Source of the DNA: Promethearchaeota archaeon | GTDB taxonomy: Archaea > Asgardarchaeota > Hermodarchaeia > Hermodarchaeales > Hermodarchaeaceae | Direction of reading: 5' to 3' | Length of the DNA: 64,000 nt | Assembly (NCBI GenBank): GCA_048939625.1 | Contig: JBHLPH010000010.1 | Coordinates: 9,943-73,942 of the forward strand | Shown here: positions 38,237 through 47,969 of the stretch, one piece after another | Layout of the letters: every line of letters begins with the position of its first letter | How positions within the stretch are numbered: position 1 is the stretch's first letter | Notes under the pieces: generated by a model | The model's input: only the letters and a program-made list of their open reading frames with translations | What the model was told of the DNA's origin: nothing | Databases searched by the model: none | Translations under genes and position numbers: made by a program

Positions 38237-38830
38237 ATGAGCCGACAATCCCGAGTTCGTGACAAATGGCGTGAAAAACGCTGGTACATGATGGTAGCCC
38301 CCTCATCCTTCGGAAACGTGGAAATCGGAGAAACTCCTGCTGCCAATGCGAAGGTTTTGGTTGGGCGAAGGGTCGAAACCACGCTCTATGCCATTTCAGG
38401 AGATTTTAATCAGATTCACATCAAGCTGTATTTTCAAATCAATGAAGTAAAAGGTGACAAAGCCTACACCTACTTTGCTGGTCATGATTTTACACGGGAT
38501 TATCTTCGAAGTCTAGTTCGCCGAGGAAGTAGTCGAATCGATGGCATCTTCGACGTAAAGACCAAAGATGGCTATGAAATTCGTGTCTACGCCATCGCCT
38601 TCCCGATGCGACGAGCCAAAACCACCCAACAATCAGCGATTCGTGAAGTCATGCAAAAAATCATCACTAAACGTGCCAAGCAACTCAACTTCGATGCCTT
38701 CATTCAGGAATGTGTTCTCGGCAAAATCGGCAGCGACATCTATAATAAAGCTAAAACCATCTTCCCGTTACGGAAGAGCGAGATTCGGAAAAGTAAGCTT
38801 CTCGCTCCACCCGCCGCTGCTGCGAGCTAG
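38237..38830 (+). CDS. rps3ae: 30S ribosomal protein eS1 (S3ae)
   Basis: DKW..K.WY, GR.VE.TL, RSLVRR, TKDGY, IFPLR..EIRK. Confidence 0.96.
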   Translation: MSRQSRVRDKWREKRWYMMVAPSSFGNVEIGETPAANAKVLVGRRVETTLYAISGDFNQIHIKLYFQINEVKGDKAYTYFAGHDFTRDYLRSLVRRGSSRIDGIFDVKTKDGYEIRVYAIAFPMRRAKTTQQSAIREVMQKIITKRAKQLNFDAFIQECVLGKIGSDIYNKAKTIFPLRKSEIRKSKLLAPPAAAAS

Positions 38831-39096
38831 CCTCTCCTGATTTTTACCTAATGGGTTTCTTTGCAGTACATTTAAGGTGATATTACCTCCTTTAAGCGCG
38901 CGCATGTTATGGAGATATTAGCAGGTTTTTATACAAGCTTAGTTTCAGTAATCCTGCTTAAGTAAGGGGTTTGAAAGCTGGGGTTAAGCTTGAATTTAAC
39001 TTCGAAAATTGAACCGACTTAAAACGGTTTTCTACAAAAGCGAACCGGTAAGGCTTATTAGCGATAGAAGCGCGTACTAGCGAGGGTCTGGCTAGT

Positions 39097-39381
39097 ATGT
39101 TTGCTCGAACACTCCAGCGGCAGGGTTTTTGGAAAGCTCGAAACGTAGAGAATGAATCAGGGCGCCGAATTTTCTTAAAACACGATTTGTATCTCGGCGG
39201 CATCTATGTTGAAGTCATGAATCGCGTCGCGGTTCTCCGCATTACCGAGTTAGGCATTGTCAGGGTCTTCAAACGGGCGAAGGCTCTCAGAACCTTTCTT
39301 GCTGAACTCGAAGCCATGAAAGGTCGTATTGCAGTGGAATCTCCTTCCCTTCATTCCCTTGTTCAACTCTCCAGTGATTAG
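39097..39381 (+). CDS. Small hypothetical protein
   Basis: 94-aa ORF with an SD-like GAGGG, AT-rich upstream region and globular composition; no recognisable motif. Confidence 0.55.
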   Translation: MFARTLQRQGFWKARNVENESGRRIFLKHDLYLGGIYVEVMNRVAVLRITELGIVRVFKRAKALRTFLAELEAMKGRIAVESPSLHSLVQLSSD

Positions 39382-39515
39382 ACTTCCTCATTCGTTTCTT
39401 TACTTCGAACTAGATCCATGAATGGGTCCTGTTCTACTTACTCTTAGTTAGTCAGAAAGCTTTTGTAACGCGGATAATGGGCTATGCAGGAGAATAACTC
39501 CTTTCCACCTGTTTC

Positions 39516-41102
39516 ATGCTGACTATTAAGTCCGTGATTCTGATGTCCACACAATTTCGGGAACGCAATGTGATCCAAAAGGACTGGCGCAAAGTTCAAC
39601 TTCGTATCGCGTTGTGTTATCCAAATGCTTATCGTGTTGGCATGACCAGTCTTGCGACCCATATGCTATACGCCCTATTCAACTCACGTCCTGAGGTGGC
39701 TTGTGAACGCGTTTTTTATGTTCCTGGTGAGGTGCCTCGATCGTTAGAATCTGGGCAACCGCTTTCTAAATTTGATATCATTGCTTTTTCGCTTCAGTTT
39801 GAAACTGATTATGTCCATGTTGTTGAAATGCTAATCCGCTCTGACATTCCACCCCTAGCCATTAATCGGCAACAACCAAGGATTATTGTGGGGGGACCTT
39901 GTGCGACATCAAACCCCTTTCCTCTTCTACCCTTCATTGATGTTGTTCAAATCGGAGACATTGAACCAGTCTTTTCACAATTGCTTGAGGCTCTGCTTGT
40001 AGCCAAAAGCCGGACGGAATTAAACGAGAAGTTAGGTAATCATTTCTTGGTTGCTGAAAGGAATCATGGTTCACGAGCCTTTGTTTCCGATTTAGATTCC
40101 GCTTTTCATCCGACTTGCCAGATTCTTCCTGAAGCACCTTATCCTTCGGAACTTGAGCCCACATTTGGTCAAAGCTTGTTGGTAGAGATTTCTAGAGGGT
40201 GTGATCGGCGGTGTAATTTCTGCATGACAACATACCACTGTGTTCGACGCCGAGAGCGTTCAGTGGGCATCCTCAAAGAAATAATCAATGAGGGCACTCG
40301 GTGTTCACAGGTGGATAAGATTGCGCTCTTAGCTTCCGGTTTTACTGATCATTCCGAGTTGCTTCCTCTATTGACCAATATCATTAGCGATGGACATCAG
40401 CTTTCGGTTCCCTCTTTGCGGGCTGATCTGAAAGACCCTGACATTTTACCTCTTATTTTTCAGGGAGGACAACGCACTCTCACCTTTGCTCCTGAAGCGG
40501 GTTCTAAGCGACTTCGAACTCTTATTGGTAAGTCCATTTCAGATGACACTTTTTTACAGACGTTCCAATCCGCCATTGAAGTAGGCTTTTCCCAATTCAA
40601 ACTCTACTTCATGATTGGGCTACCCACTGAGTCCGATAATGATATCCAAGCAATTCATGACTTTTGTAAACGGCTTCTAATGCTGACTGACAAAAAGCAC
40701 CGAATTCATGTTAGCGTTGCACCGTTCATTCCCAAACCCCACACACCTTACCAGTGGATAGGTCTTACTCCACTCAAAACGCTGAAGAGGCGCCTTAATC
40801 TTCTTAGAAATCTGCGTCGATATGGACGAATTCAATTAGATCTGCCAAATCCGCGGTGGAGCGTTATACAGGCAGTTCTTTCAAGAGGATCAAGTGATTT
40901 AGCAAGGCTACTCTTAGACGTAGCACTGAAAGGAAAAACCACAGCTGGAACATGGTTCCAAGCAGCCAAGCAGCTGGGATTGAATCTAGAAACCCTTGCA
41001 ACTGCGGATTATCCCCCTGATGCTACCTTTGCATGGAACCGAATTGATGTAGGTGTCAATCGTAAACTTTTATTGCAACGGTTTGCCAAACTTGAACAGT
41101 AA
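39516..41102 (+). CDS. Radical SAM protein with B12-binding-like N-terminal domain
   Basis: EISRGCDRRCNFC (CxxxCxxC), PSLR.D, APEAGS.RLR, KLYFMIGLPTE, FIPKPHTP. Confidence 0.88.
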   Translation: MLTIKSVILMSTQFRERNVIQKDWRKVQLRIALCYPNAYRVGMTSLATHMLYALFNSRPEVACERVFYVPGEVPRSLESGQPLSKFDIIAFSLQFETDYVHVVEMLIRSDIPPLAINRQQPRIIVGGPCATSNPFPLLPFIDVVQIGDIEPVFSQLLEALLVAKSRTELNEKLGNHFLVAERNHGSRAFVSDLDSAFHPTCQILPEAPYPSELEPTFGQSLLVEISRGCDRRCNFCMTTYHCVRRRERSVGILKEIINEGTRCSQVDKIALLASGFTDHSELLPLLTNIISDGHQLSVPSLRADLKDPDILPLIFQGGQRTLTFAPEAGSKRLRTLIGKSISDDTFLQTFQSAIEVGFSQFKLYFMIGLPTESDNDIQAIHDFCKRLLMLTDKKHRIHVSVAPFIPKPHTPYQWIGLTPLKTLKRRLNLLRNLRRYGRIQLDLPNPRWSVIQAVLSRGSSDLARLLLDVALKGKTTAGTWFQAAKQLGLNLETLATADYPPDATFAWNRIDVGVNRKLLLQRFAKLEQ

Positions 41103-41131
41103 ACTTACAGAAGCTAGCTGGGGCTAATCAA

Positions 41132-41575
41132 ATGGGATCAAAACGAAAACCATCCAAAAAAGAAACTTCAGAGATTCCACTCAAGCTAGAAAAAGAGGTG
41201 AAGGGTGCAACTGATTCTGAATGCGAGGATTTGACCGAACGAATTCTCGAGCATCTTCCAAACCTAGCCAATGAGATGAAGACATCAGAAGCTGAAGTTC
41301 AAATTGATGGTGTGCGATGGGAAGAAACTGACCGCACTCGTCAGCCCGTTCGAGGCGGTGAGGACCGCTTTTCAGGTTATTCTCCGGATGTTATTGATTT
41401 TCTTAGGCGTTGTGCGACAGATGATGAAGCATTAGAAATTATCTCTTTCTTAGAGAAACGGGGAGAAATCAATTCAAATCATGCTGAAGAACTCCGGAAA
41501 CAATTACAGAATCAAGGTCTTCGCAGTTTCGGAACGAAGAAATCTTGGGGCCATTACGAACGGGAAAGCTCATAA
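41132..41575 (+). CDS. DUF2095-like archaeal protein
   Basis: P.VIDFLRRC.T..EALEII..LEKRGEI...GLRSFG..K..G.Y. Confidence 0.75.
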   Translation: MGSKRKPSKKETSEIPLKLEKEVKGATDSECEDLTERILEHLPNLANEMKTSEAEVQIDGVRWEETDRTRQPVRGGEDRFSGYSPDVIDFLRRCATDDEALEIISFLEKRGEINSNHAEELRKQLQNQGLRSFGTKKSWGHYERESS

Positions 41576-42784
41576 CTAATGGGTGGCCCCTGCAGCAACA
41601 ATCCGGATCACATCATCACGTTGTAATTCATAGGTTTCCGCTAATCGTTTTTTGGTTCGCGCATCGATAGCATGGATAAAGGTATCGCCTAACTCGGTAT
41701 GAATCCTATAGGCCAGCTGTCGAGCGGTAGTACCCTTTGGAACTAAGTAAACATCAGGAAGCACGTTTCCATCATGGTCTGCGAGTTTTCCCGCGTCCTC
41801 AACGGGATATACAGGAATGAGCTCTAAGACATCGAATACAACGGTATTCAGTACCTGTTGTACACCAGTTGATCCATACTTATCTAAAATTTCTACTTGT
41901 AACCGGTGTAGCTGGGATTGTTCTTTCTCCCCTAAGACGCCAGGTGTGATGATATCGAATCTTGGTGCACCAGGTTGGTAAGCGATGATGCCTTTTTCAC
42001 TCAGACTTCGGAGCACAAACTCAGCTTCTGCACTACATGGAATGACAATCTCATCGGTGTTCTGCTGCAAGGTTTCCAAATATTTGGCTGCGTGCTCACG
42101 ATCTATCTTATTGGCGGCAATAATCATCGGTTTTGCTCGACGCCGAAGGAACTGTACAAATCGCTCCAAATCACTCTCCGACCATGAGGTTGGATTGGCG
42201 GTAGATAGGTCTGAATCCTTGATTGCGGCTTTGATGGCTAATTCAGTGATTTGTAATCCAGAAAGTTTCTCTCCTAGGAGGCTGCTGATTTTTAATTTCT
42301 CAGTTTCAGCTCTTCGTGAAAGTCGTCGCCAGTCTCGTTGTAAGATTTGCACGAGCCACATGTTGATTTCTCGTTCTAGAAACGCAACATCTTCTTGGGG
42401 ATCCCAACTACCGGGTTCCACATCACGTCCCTCGGCATCCAGTGATCCCGAAGTATCAACAACATGAATGAAGGCGTCTGCACGGCTCAGCTCATTTAAA
42501 AACTCATTTCCTCGCCCCCTCCCAAGATGAGCATCCGGAACGAGTCCAGCCACATCTAGCATATCAACAGGGATTAACCTCACACCATCTCGGCATACGG
42601 AATTCTTTGGATTACACGTGACTTCGAATTCTTGACATAAACAATCTACGCGCACATAGGCCGTGCCAGGATTGGGTTCAATGGTAGTGAAGGGATACGC
42701 TCCAACTTTCGCTGCGGTTCGACACGCTGCGTTTAAGAATGTGCTTTTTCCGGATGATGGTTTACCCACAATTCCTACCAACAA
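41576..42784 (-). CDS. ychF: Obg-family ATPase/GTPase YchF with TGS domain
   Basis: GKPSSGKST, YPFTTIEPN, DVAGL, ANKID, LA..IHT. Confidence 0.92.
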   Translation of the reverse strand: MLVGIVGKPSSGKSTFLNAACRTAAKVGAYPFTTIEPNPGTAYVRVDCLCQEFEVTCNPKNSVCRDGVRLIPVDMLDVAGLVPDAHLGRGRGNEFLNELSRADAFIHVVDTSGSLDAEGRDVEPGSWDPQEDVAFLEREINMWLVQILQRDWRRLSRRAETEKLKISSLLGEKLSGLQITELAIKAAIKDSDLSTANPTSWSESDLERFVQFLRRRAKPMIIAANKIDREHAAKYLETLQQNTDEIVIPCSAEAEFVLRSLSEKGIIAYQPGAPRFDIITPGVLGEKEQSQLHRLQVEILDKYGSTGVQQVLNTVVFDVLELIPVYPVEDAGKLADHDGNVLPDVYLVPKGTTARQLAYRIHTELGDTFIHAIDARTKKRLAETYELQRDDVIRIVAAGATH

Positions 42785-42902
42785 GACAGGTTACCTCCAT
42801 GCTCTAATAATAACGATAACAAATAAATCACAGCGATTGATGCATTCGCAGATAACAATACTTTCATCCTATGGAAAAAGTAGTGTGGGATACACAAAGT
42901 AG

Positions 42903-43844
42903 GTGAGAAAATTGACAACAGGTCGTATCTTAGTTGCTGATCCAATACATAACGATGCAGTCAAGCAGTTACAGGATGCTGGTTTTAACCTTGACTTGAA
43001 AACAGAAATTACTCCTGAGGAACTGCTGAAATCAATTAGTGATTATGCTGGGCTTGTGGTGCGGAGTCGAACCAAAGTCACCAAAGAAGTAATTGCTGCT
43101 GGGACATCCTTGAAGGTAATCGCACGTGCAGGGGTGGGATTAGATAATGTTGATCGTGAAGCGGCACAGGAGAAAGGCATCCATGTCATCAATTCGCCGG
43201 AAGGTCCTTCGGTTAGTGTTGCTGAGCTAGTATTCGCCTTAGCACTTAATGTACTGCGAAAGATTGCCTTTGGTGATTCAGGTATTCGACGTGGTGAGTG
43301 GTTGAAGAAGCAAAGTAAAGGTGGCGAAATGCGTGGACGACGAATTGGTATTTGGGGATTTGGCCTCATCGGTGAAGAAGTAGCCAAACGGGCGTTGGCT
43401 TTTGGAATGGAGGTATATGGCTTTGATTTAGTTTCTCAACGAATCGAAGTAATGAAACAACTGGGAGTCCACTATGTTCCAGTTGAAGAGTTGCTTTCAG
43501 TTTCTGATGTACTCACCGTACATGTCCCACTTACCCCCAAAACTCGGGGACTAATTGGAAAGAAGGAGCTGGAAGCATTGCCTCAAGGGGCGATATTAAT
43601 TAACACCGCTCGTGGGGGAATTGTTGACGAAGAAGCCCTTTACCAAAGTTTGGTTGCAGGTCATTTGGGCGGAGCAGGCATTGATGTGTTCACCTATGAA
43701 CCACCATTCGGGAATGACCTGTTAGAAAAACTCGTTGCACTGCCAAATGTAGTATCCACTCCCCATATTGGTGCTCAAACCATGGAGGCGTCACGAGCAA
43801 ATTCAATGATAATCGCCAAGAAACTGATGTCGTTACTGAAGTAG
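42903..43844 (+). CDS. D-3-phosphoglycerate / D-2-hydroxyacid dehydrogenase (SerA-like, no ACT domain)
   Basis: RAGVGLDN, G.G.IG, HVPLT, INTARG, DVF..EP, TPHIGAQT. Confidence 0.88.
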   Translation: MRKLTTGRILVADPIHNDAVKQLQDAGFNLDLKTEITPEELLKSISDYAGLVVRSRTKVTKEVIAAGTSLKVIARAGVGLDNVDREAAQEKGIHVINSPEGPSVSVAELVFALALNVLRKIAFGDSGIRRGEWLKKQSKGGEMRGRRIGIWGFGLIGEEVAKRALAFGMEVYGFDLVSQRIEVMKQLGVHYVPVEELLSVSDVLTVHVPLTPKTRGLIGKKELEALPQGAILINTARGGIVDEEALYQSLVAGHLGGAGIDVFTYEPPFGNDLLEKLVALPNVVSTPHIGAQTMEASRANSMIIAKKLMSLLK

Positions 43845-43909
43845 TAGCATAACAATTTTATAGGCAATGGCGGTTCGCTATCCCTTATTACGCGGAGGCG
43901 TCTACATCA

Positions 43910-44485
43910 ATGTACAAGCATATCAGCGAGTTATATGCCAGCCACGATAAAGATTTCAAAGCCCTTATCCGTTCCCGGTTAATTGAGTGGCGGAAAGAAG
44001 CGGCAACGACTCGCATTGACAGACCAACGCGCCTTGATCGAGCCCGACAAATCGGGTATCGTGCCAAACAGGGCTTCATTGTCGTACGCCAACGTATTCC
44101 TCGCGGCTCTCGACGGAAACAAAGGCCAATAATGGGGCGTAAGCCCAAGAAAATGGGAACGGTGAAAATCACTCCCAGTCGTAGTCGTCAATGGATTGCC
44201 GAGGAACGAACTGCTCGTAAATATCCAAACATGCGTATTTTAGGTTCATATTACATCGCCGAAGATGGTAAGAACCTCTGGTACGAAATTGTTCTTGTAG
44301 ACCCTACCCATCCTGCAATTCAAGCAGATTCGCGAATTAACTGGGTTTGTGATCCTACCCACAAAGGCAGAGTGTTTCGGGGTCTTACGCCTGCAGGAAA
44401 AACCTCTCGCGGACTCCGTCATCGTGGCACTGGAGCAGAGAAACTCCGTCCCAGTATTGGCAAATATGGCCGGCGTGGAAAATAA
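43910..44485 (+). CDS. rpl15e: 50S ribosomal protein eL15
   Basis: RPTRLDRAR..GY.AKQG, AEER, DP.HP, RGLT.AG. Confidence 0.97.
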   Translation: MYKHISELYASHDKDFKALIRSRLIEWRKEAATTRIDRPTRLDRARQIGYRAKQGFIVVRQRIPRGSRRKQRPIMGRKPKKMGTVKITPSRSRQWIAEERTARKYPNMRILGSYYIAEDGKNLWYEIVLVDPTHPAIQADSRINWVCDPTHKGRVFRGLTPAGKTSRGLRHRGTGAEKLRPSIGKYGRRGK

Positions 44486-44513
44486 CAACCACAGGTTGGA
44501 GTGTGGGTAATCC

Positions 44514-44972
44514 GTGGCCGCATCTGAAAGCGGACCGGTTCGTCTGGAAATGCAAGCTTCTGTTCATGCAACAGAAGATGAAGCTAAAGTTCGACAAGCC
44601 ATAGAGAACCTTTTTCCTGGCGATGTGCGCAACACGCTTGAATTTAACATCACAACCCTCCGGGGCCATTATCACAATCCGATTATTCGTATCGTTACTC
44701 AACTCACAGAGCCGCTACTCATTGAACAAACACTTACGGCAATTGGACAGCAACTGCCTTCTGAGGACTGCAGGGAAATAGAAGCTACCTTAGCCTCGCG
44801 GATAAACCAGAAAGGCCAACTGTTTCTCCGGCTTAATAAACAGGAGGCTTATCAAGGACGCGTTCGATTAATAAATCGTGGTGACTCAATTCGCTTGGTT
44901 GTTCGGTTTTCCGGACGGAAACTCTCTCAAAAAACATTTGAAAATCTGTGTCGGCGGTTTAACCTCATCTAG
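44514..44972 (+). CDS. Predicted RNA-binding protein of the exosome superoperon (COG1325-like)
   Basis: VHATEDE.KV, GHY.NPI, LFLRL.KQ; position between eL15 and Rpp30. Confidence 0.8.
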   Translation: MAASESGPVRLEMQASVHATEDEAKVRQAIENLFPGDVRNTLEFNITTLRGHYHNPIIRIVTQLTEPLLIEQTLTAIGQQLPSEDCREIEATLASRINQKGQLFLRLNKQEAYQGRVRLINRGDSIRLVVRFSGRKLSQKTFENLCRRFNLI

Positions 44973-44984
44973 GATTGGAAGAGA

Positions 44985-45659
44985 ATGCGTACATATGATC
45001 TCCACATTCGTTTCAACCCAAACAAAAACGAAGAGGAGTTCAGGCGTATCAAAGAAATGGCTATGAAATTAGGATTTAGAGGAATCGCCGTTGAATCTCC
45101 AACGAGAGGCAGGTTTGAAGAGAACGCTTCTCCATTTGAGGTTCTCCATCGAATAACCCTTGCTCCTCGGAGTGCAGCCCGTCTTCGGATGCGGGCAAAG
45201 AAACACGCACAAGAGACTGACCTTCTTGTCATTCGTGGGCGCTCTAAGCCAATTTGGCATGTTGCGGCTGAAATTCCCACTATTCACATGGTAATGCTGA
45301 ATGATGTTGAGGATTACATGACAGTTGATTCCAAAGTCGCACGAATAATGGCGAATCACAACAAACCTGTGGAATTGTGTCTTCACAATCTTCTGACACT
45401 AACCGGCTCCATTCGGTCTAGGTTAATGCGCGTTATGAATACGGCCATTGATTATTTAGAACGGGCGAACTGCCCTTTGGTTCTTACTTCTGGAGCTAGT
45501 TCTCTCTACGAACTTCGTGCTCCTAAAGAACTGGAAGCACTCGGTTATTTGGCATCTGTTTCTGAAAAAACCGCTAAGAATGCCATACATGAAATGCCAT
45601 CAACTCTTGTAGATTCGCTTGGCATTTCTCGGGATACAAAGTCGGGGAGGGACCAATAA
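44985..45659 (+). CDS. rnp3: RNase P protein Rpp30
   Basis: YDLH N-terminus, SGA....LRAP; superoperon position. Confidence 0.82.
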   Translation: MRTYDLHIRFNPNKNEEEFRRIKEMAMKLGFRGIAVESPTRGRFEENASPFEVLHRITLAPRSAARLRMRAKKHAQETDLLVIRGRSKPIWHVAAEIPTIHMVMLNDVEDYMTVDSKVARIMANHNKPVELCLHNLLTLTGSIRSRLMRVMNTAIDYLERANCPLVLTSGASSLYELRAPKELEALGYLASVSEKTAKNAIHEMPSTLVDSLGISRDTKSGRDQ

Positions 45660-45661
45660 TC

Positions 45662-46018
45662 GTGCAACCGCGTCAAAGGTATTTGGCTCTCCGGATTTAT
45701 TCCTCAGAGAACCTCCCCTCAGAAGCAGACTTTCGAAATGCGATTTGGCAGCAGTTAACCCAGTTATACGGGGAGTTGGGAGTAAGTCTGATTGGATTTT
45801 GGTTAACCTCATATCATCCTGACGAAACCAGTGCAATCCTCCGTTGCCAACACACACAAGTTCGACCCCTCCGAGCCGCTCTTGCAACGCTTACCCACGT
45901 CAATTCCAAACCATTACTAATTCATGTTGTAGCTGTCAGTGGTACCATCCGAAAAGCAGTTTCGCATCTGCCTGAACTCGAAACAGGCAAAGTCATCAGA
46001 GCCCGAAAACATCGCTAG
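45662..46018 (+). CDS. rnp2: RNase P protein Pop5
   Basis: R.RYL, LYGE.G, ILRC, VSGTIRKA. Confidence 0.9.
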   Translation: MQPRQRYLALRIYSSENLPSEADFRNAIWQQLTQLYGELGVSLIGFWLTSYHPDETSAILRCQHTQVRPLRAALATLTHVNSKPLLIHVVAVSGTIRKAVSHLPELETGKVIRARKHR

Positions 46019-46106
46019 CACAAGAACTAATTCGTATACTGAGAATTTTATTGAGCTTCAGGTTTCCAGCCAAAACAGATAAAACGCGCCCTGCCGACAC
46101 CTTTCC

Positions 46107-46179
46107 GGGGTTCAGTGAAGCCCCGCCGCTCCAAACTGAGCCTTGTGCTATGACGATCTCGCGACGAGCCGAGAGCCCC
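46107..46179 (+). ncRNA. Candidate box C/D guide sRNA
   Basis: Terminal stem GGGGUUC/GAGCCCC enclosing GUGAAGC (C), 14 nt, CUGA (D'), AUGACGA (C'), 12 nt, CCGA (D); U-rich run downstream. Confidence 0.6.
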
Positions 46180-46191
46180 CGCCTTTTCGTT

Positions 46192-46629
46192 TTATACAGG
46201 CATAGTATTAATCTCGACAGATATCAGGAATCCTTCCCATAACTGATATGCTTTCATTCGAAACCTCAGTTTTTTCAATCCATCTATGACCCAAACACAC
46301 GGGTTATATTGCATGAATTCCAAGTCGCTAGCGGAGGGTTCAGGGGGTGCGGGATGGGAATGATATATACCCACTTGTTCGAGTCCTTCCTCCGCTGCAG
46401 CCGAGAGGATGGAGAATTGGTGTTCAGGGTCGATTTCAAATGCAGCCATCGACTGTGCGATATTTTTTGTTTCGGCAACCCGAACAACCTTGGCGGTTAA
46501 GCCATTGTCAGTATAGGTTCCAAGAAGTAGAGCACATCCTTCTTTGGGGAAAGCCCGGCGGCGAATGCCATAGAGCTGCCGTCTTTGTAGTGTGGTGAAC
46601 TGGATTCGCGCAATCCGGGGTGTAATCAT
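46192..46629 (-). CDS. JAMM/MPN+ metalloprotease (M67 family)
   Basis: P.E.C.LL.G and YHSHP......SASD (E-HxH-x7-SxxD); start placed at ATG 46629. Confidence 0.9.
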   Translation of the reverse strand: MITPRIARIQFTTLQRRQLYGIRRRAFPKEGCALLLGTYTDNGLTAKVVRVAETKNIAQSMAAFEIDPEHQFSILSAAAEEGLEQVGIYHSHPAPPEPSASDLEFMQYNPCVWVIDGLKKLRFRMKAYQLWEGFLISVEINTMPV

Positions 46630-46714
46630 TGGTGAACCCCCAGCCAAAGACTTAAAAGCCTCTCACCTTTTGAGTCTTCGCATCTAAGCCGCCTGAGCGA
46701 GGTTGCTCCCAGGG

Positions 46715-47095
46715 ATGTCCAAAGATAAAGATCGAGATCGCCAATATATGCGTCGCAGTATGATAATTAGTGCTGTAGCTATTATTATCTTCAGTCTTCT
46801 CATTTTCTTAATGATTACCCGCTGGGGTCCCTTTGGACCATTTCTAGACCTGCTTGGTCCCGTTGGCACTGGAGTGATTGCTATTTTACTCCTTGTTCTC
46901 ATTTTTCTTGGGCTGGTCATTCTGTTCGGCAATCTACGCGAATTTTATGGTGAAACGGCCGGATGGTTTGAACTCATCATCTTTCTTATCATTGTAGTTG
47001 TGATTGCCTTTGTTGGCTTCAGCTGGTTGCATGCTCTATTAACTGGGCTCCTTTGTATCGGCATCATATACTATCTTCACACTGCTCAAGATTAA
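46715..47095 (+). CDS. Small multi-pass membrane protein
   Basis: About four hydrophobic segments; no family recognised. Confidence 0.65.
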   Translation: MSKDKDRDRQYMRRSMIISAVAIIIFSLLIFLMITRWGPFGPFLDLLGPVGTGVIAILLLVLIFLGLVILFGNLREFYGETAGWFELIIFLIIVVVIAFVGFSWLHALLTGLLCIGIIYYLHTAQD

Positions 47096-47229
47096 CTATA
47101 GCATCTCCCTTCCAGAAACTTGATACAACTAATAACAAGATTTTAAAGGCGTTGCTACTAATCGGCAAACCTGCAAGACCAACGAAAAGTAAGAGGGCTT
47201 TCAAACAACTCCCTTCTTATTAGGCGTTT

Positions 47230-47952
47230 ATGGAGGACCCCTCATTGTTCGGTAACACCCAAAGCTATGATATTGCCCTGACTACATTTAGTCCAGAGGG
47301 ACGCCTATTTCAGGTTGAATACGCCTTTGAGGCGGTTCGAAAGGGTACGCCGATTTTGGGGATTCGCAGCACTGATGGCGCGATTTTAACTGCTCTACTC
47401 AGAAAGCATCCGCTTCAAGAACCACACCATAATGATAAAATCTACATGATCGATGAATCAATTGGCACCGCCATTGCAGGATTATCAGGCGATGCGCGAA
47501 CACTTGTTCGGTATGCTCGTGAGCTTGCTCAAATCAACCGATTAACCTTCGATGAACCCATCCACGTGAAAACGCTTAGTAAGAAACTCAGTGATCACAT
47601 TCAATCTTACACCCAACAGGGTGGAACGCGACCATATGGCGTTTCGATGCTCTTTATTGGCGTTGATACTACTCCCCAACTCTACCTAAACACACCCATC
47701 GGGGCCTTTTGGAGCTATAAAGCTCAGGCGGTTGGGATGGACGCCGATCAAATGAACGCTAAACTTGAACAAGTGTATTCTCCTAACCTCACAACAGATG
47801 CTGCTCTCCAGTTGGCAGTTCGAATCCTTAAGGAAACGGCTTCCTCTCCTTTACAACCCGAAGGACTTGTGGCAGCAAAAGTAACGACCGCTGAAAAAAG
47901 ATTCGTCAAATTAGAAATAGAGGAAGTACAACAACTGCTGGATTCGGTTTAA
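47230..47952 (+). CDS. psmA: Proteasome alpha subunit
   Basis: YD...TTFSPEGRLFQVEYA.EA, GL.GD, YTQ.GG.RPYGVS. Confidence 0.94.
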   Translation: MEDPSLFGNTQSYDIALTTFSPEGRLFQVEYAFEAVRKGTPILGIRSTDGAILTALLRKHPLQEPHHNDKIYMIDESIGTAIAGLSGDARTLVRYARELAQINRLTFDEPIHVKTLSKKLSDHIQSYTQQGGTRPYGVSMLFIGVDTTPQLYLNTPIGAFWSYKAQAVGMDADQMNAKLEQVYSPNLTTDAALQLAVRILKETASSPLQPEGLVAAKVTTAEKRFVKLEIEEVQQLLDSV

Positions 47953-47969
47953 AGAACAATGAGGTTTTT

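Noticed and set aside
39516-41102. GDGT ring synthase or tetraether synthase call for the radical SAM protein
   Set aside because: Similar size only; I see no family-specific motifs to support it.
46085-46190. RNase P RNA, SRP RNA, 5S rRNA or tRNA-Sec identity for the GC-rich intergenic region
   Set aside because: Lacks the P4 GAGGAA motif, SRP helix 8, 5S consensus and a cloverleaf; too short for RNase P or SRP RNA.
47230-47952. Degenerate proteasome alpha (YDI rather than YDR)
   Set aside because: Gate residues Y, D, P, Y and the pocket Lys are retained; ordinary divergence.
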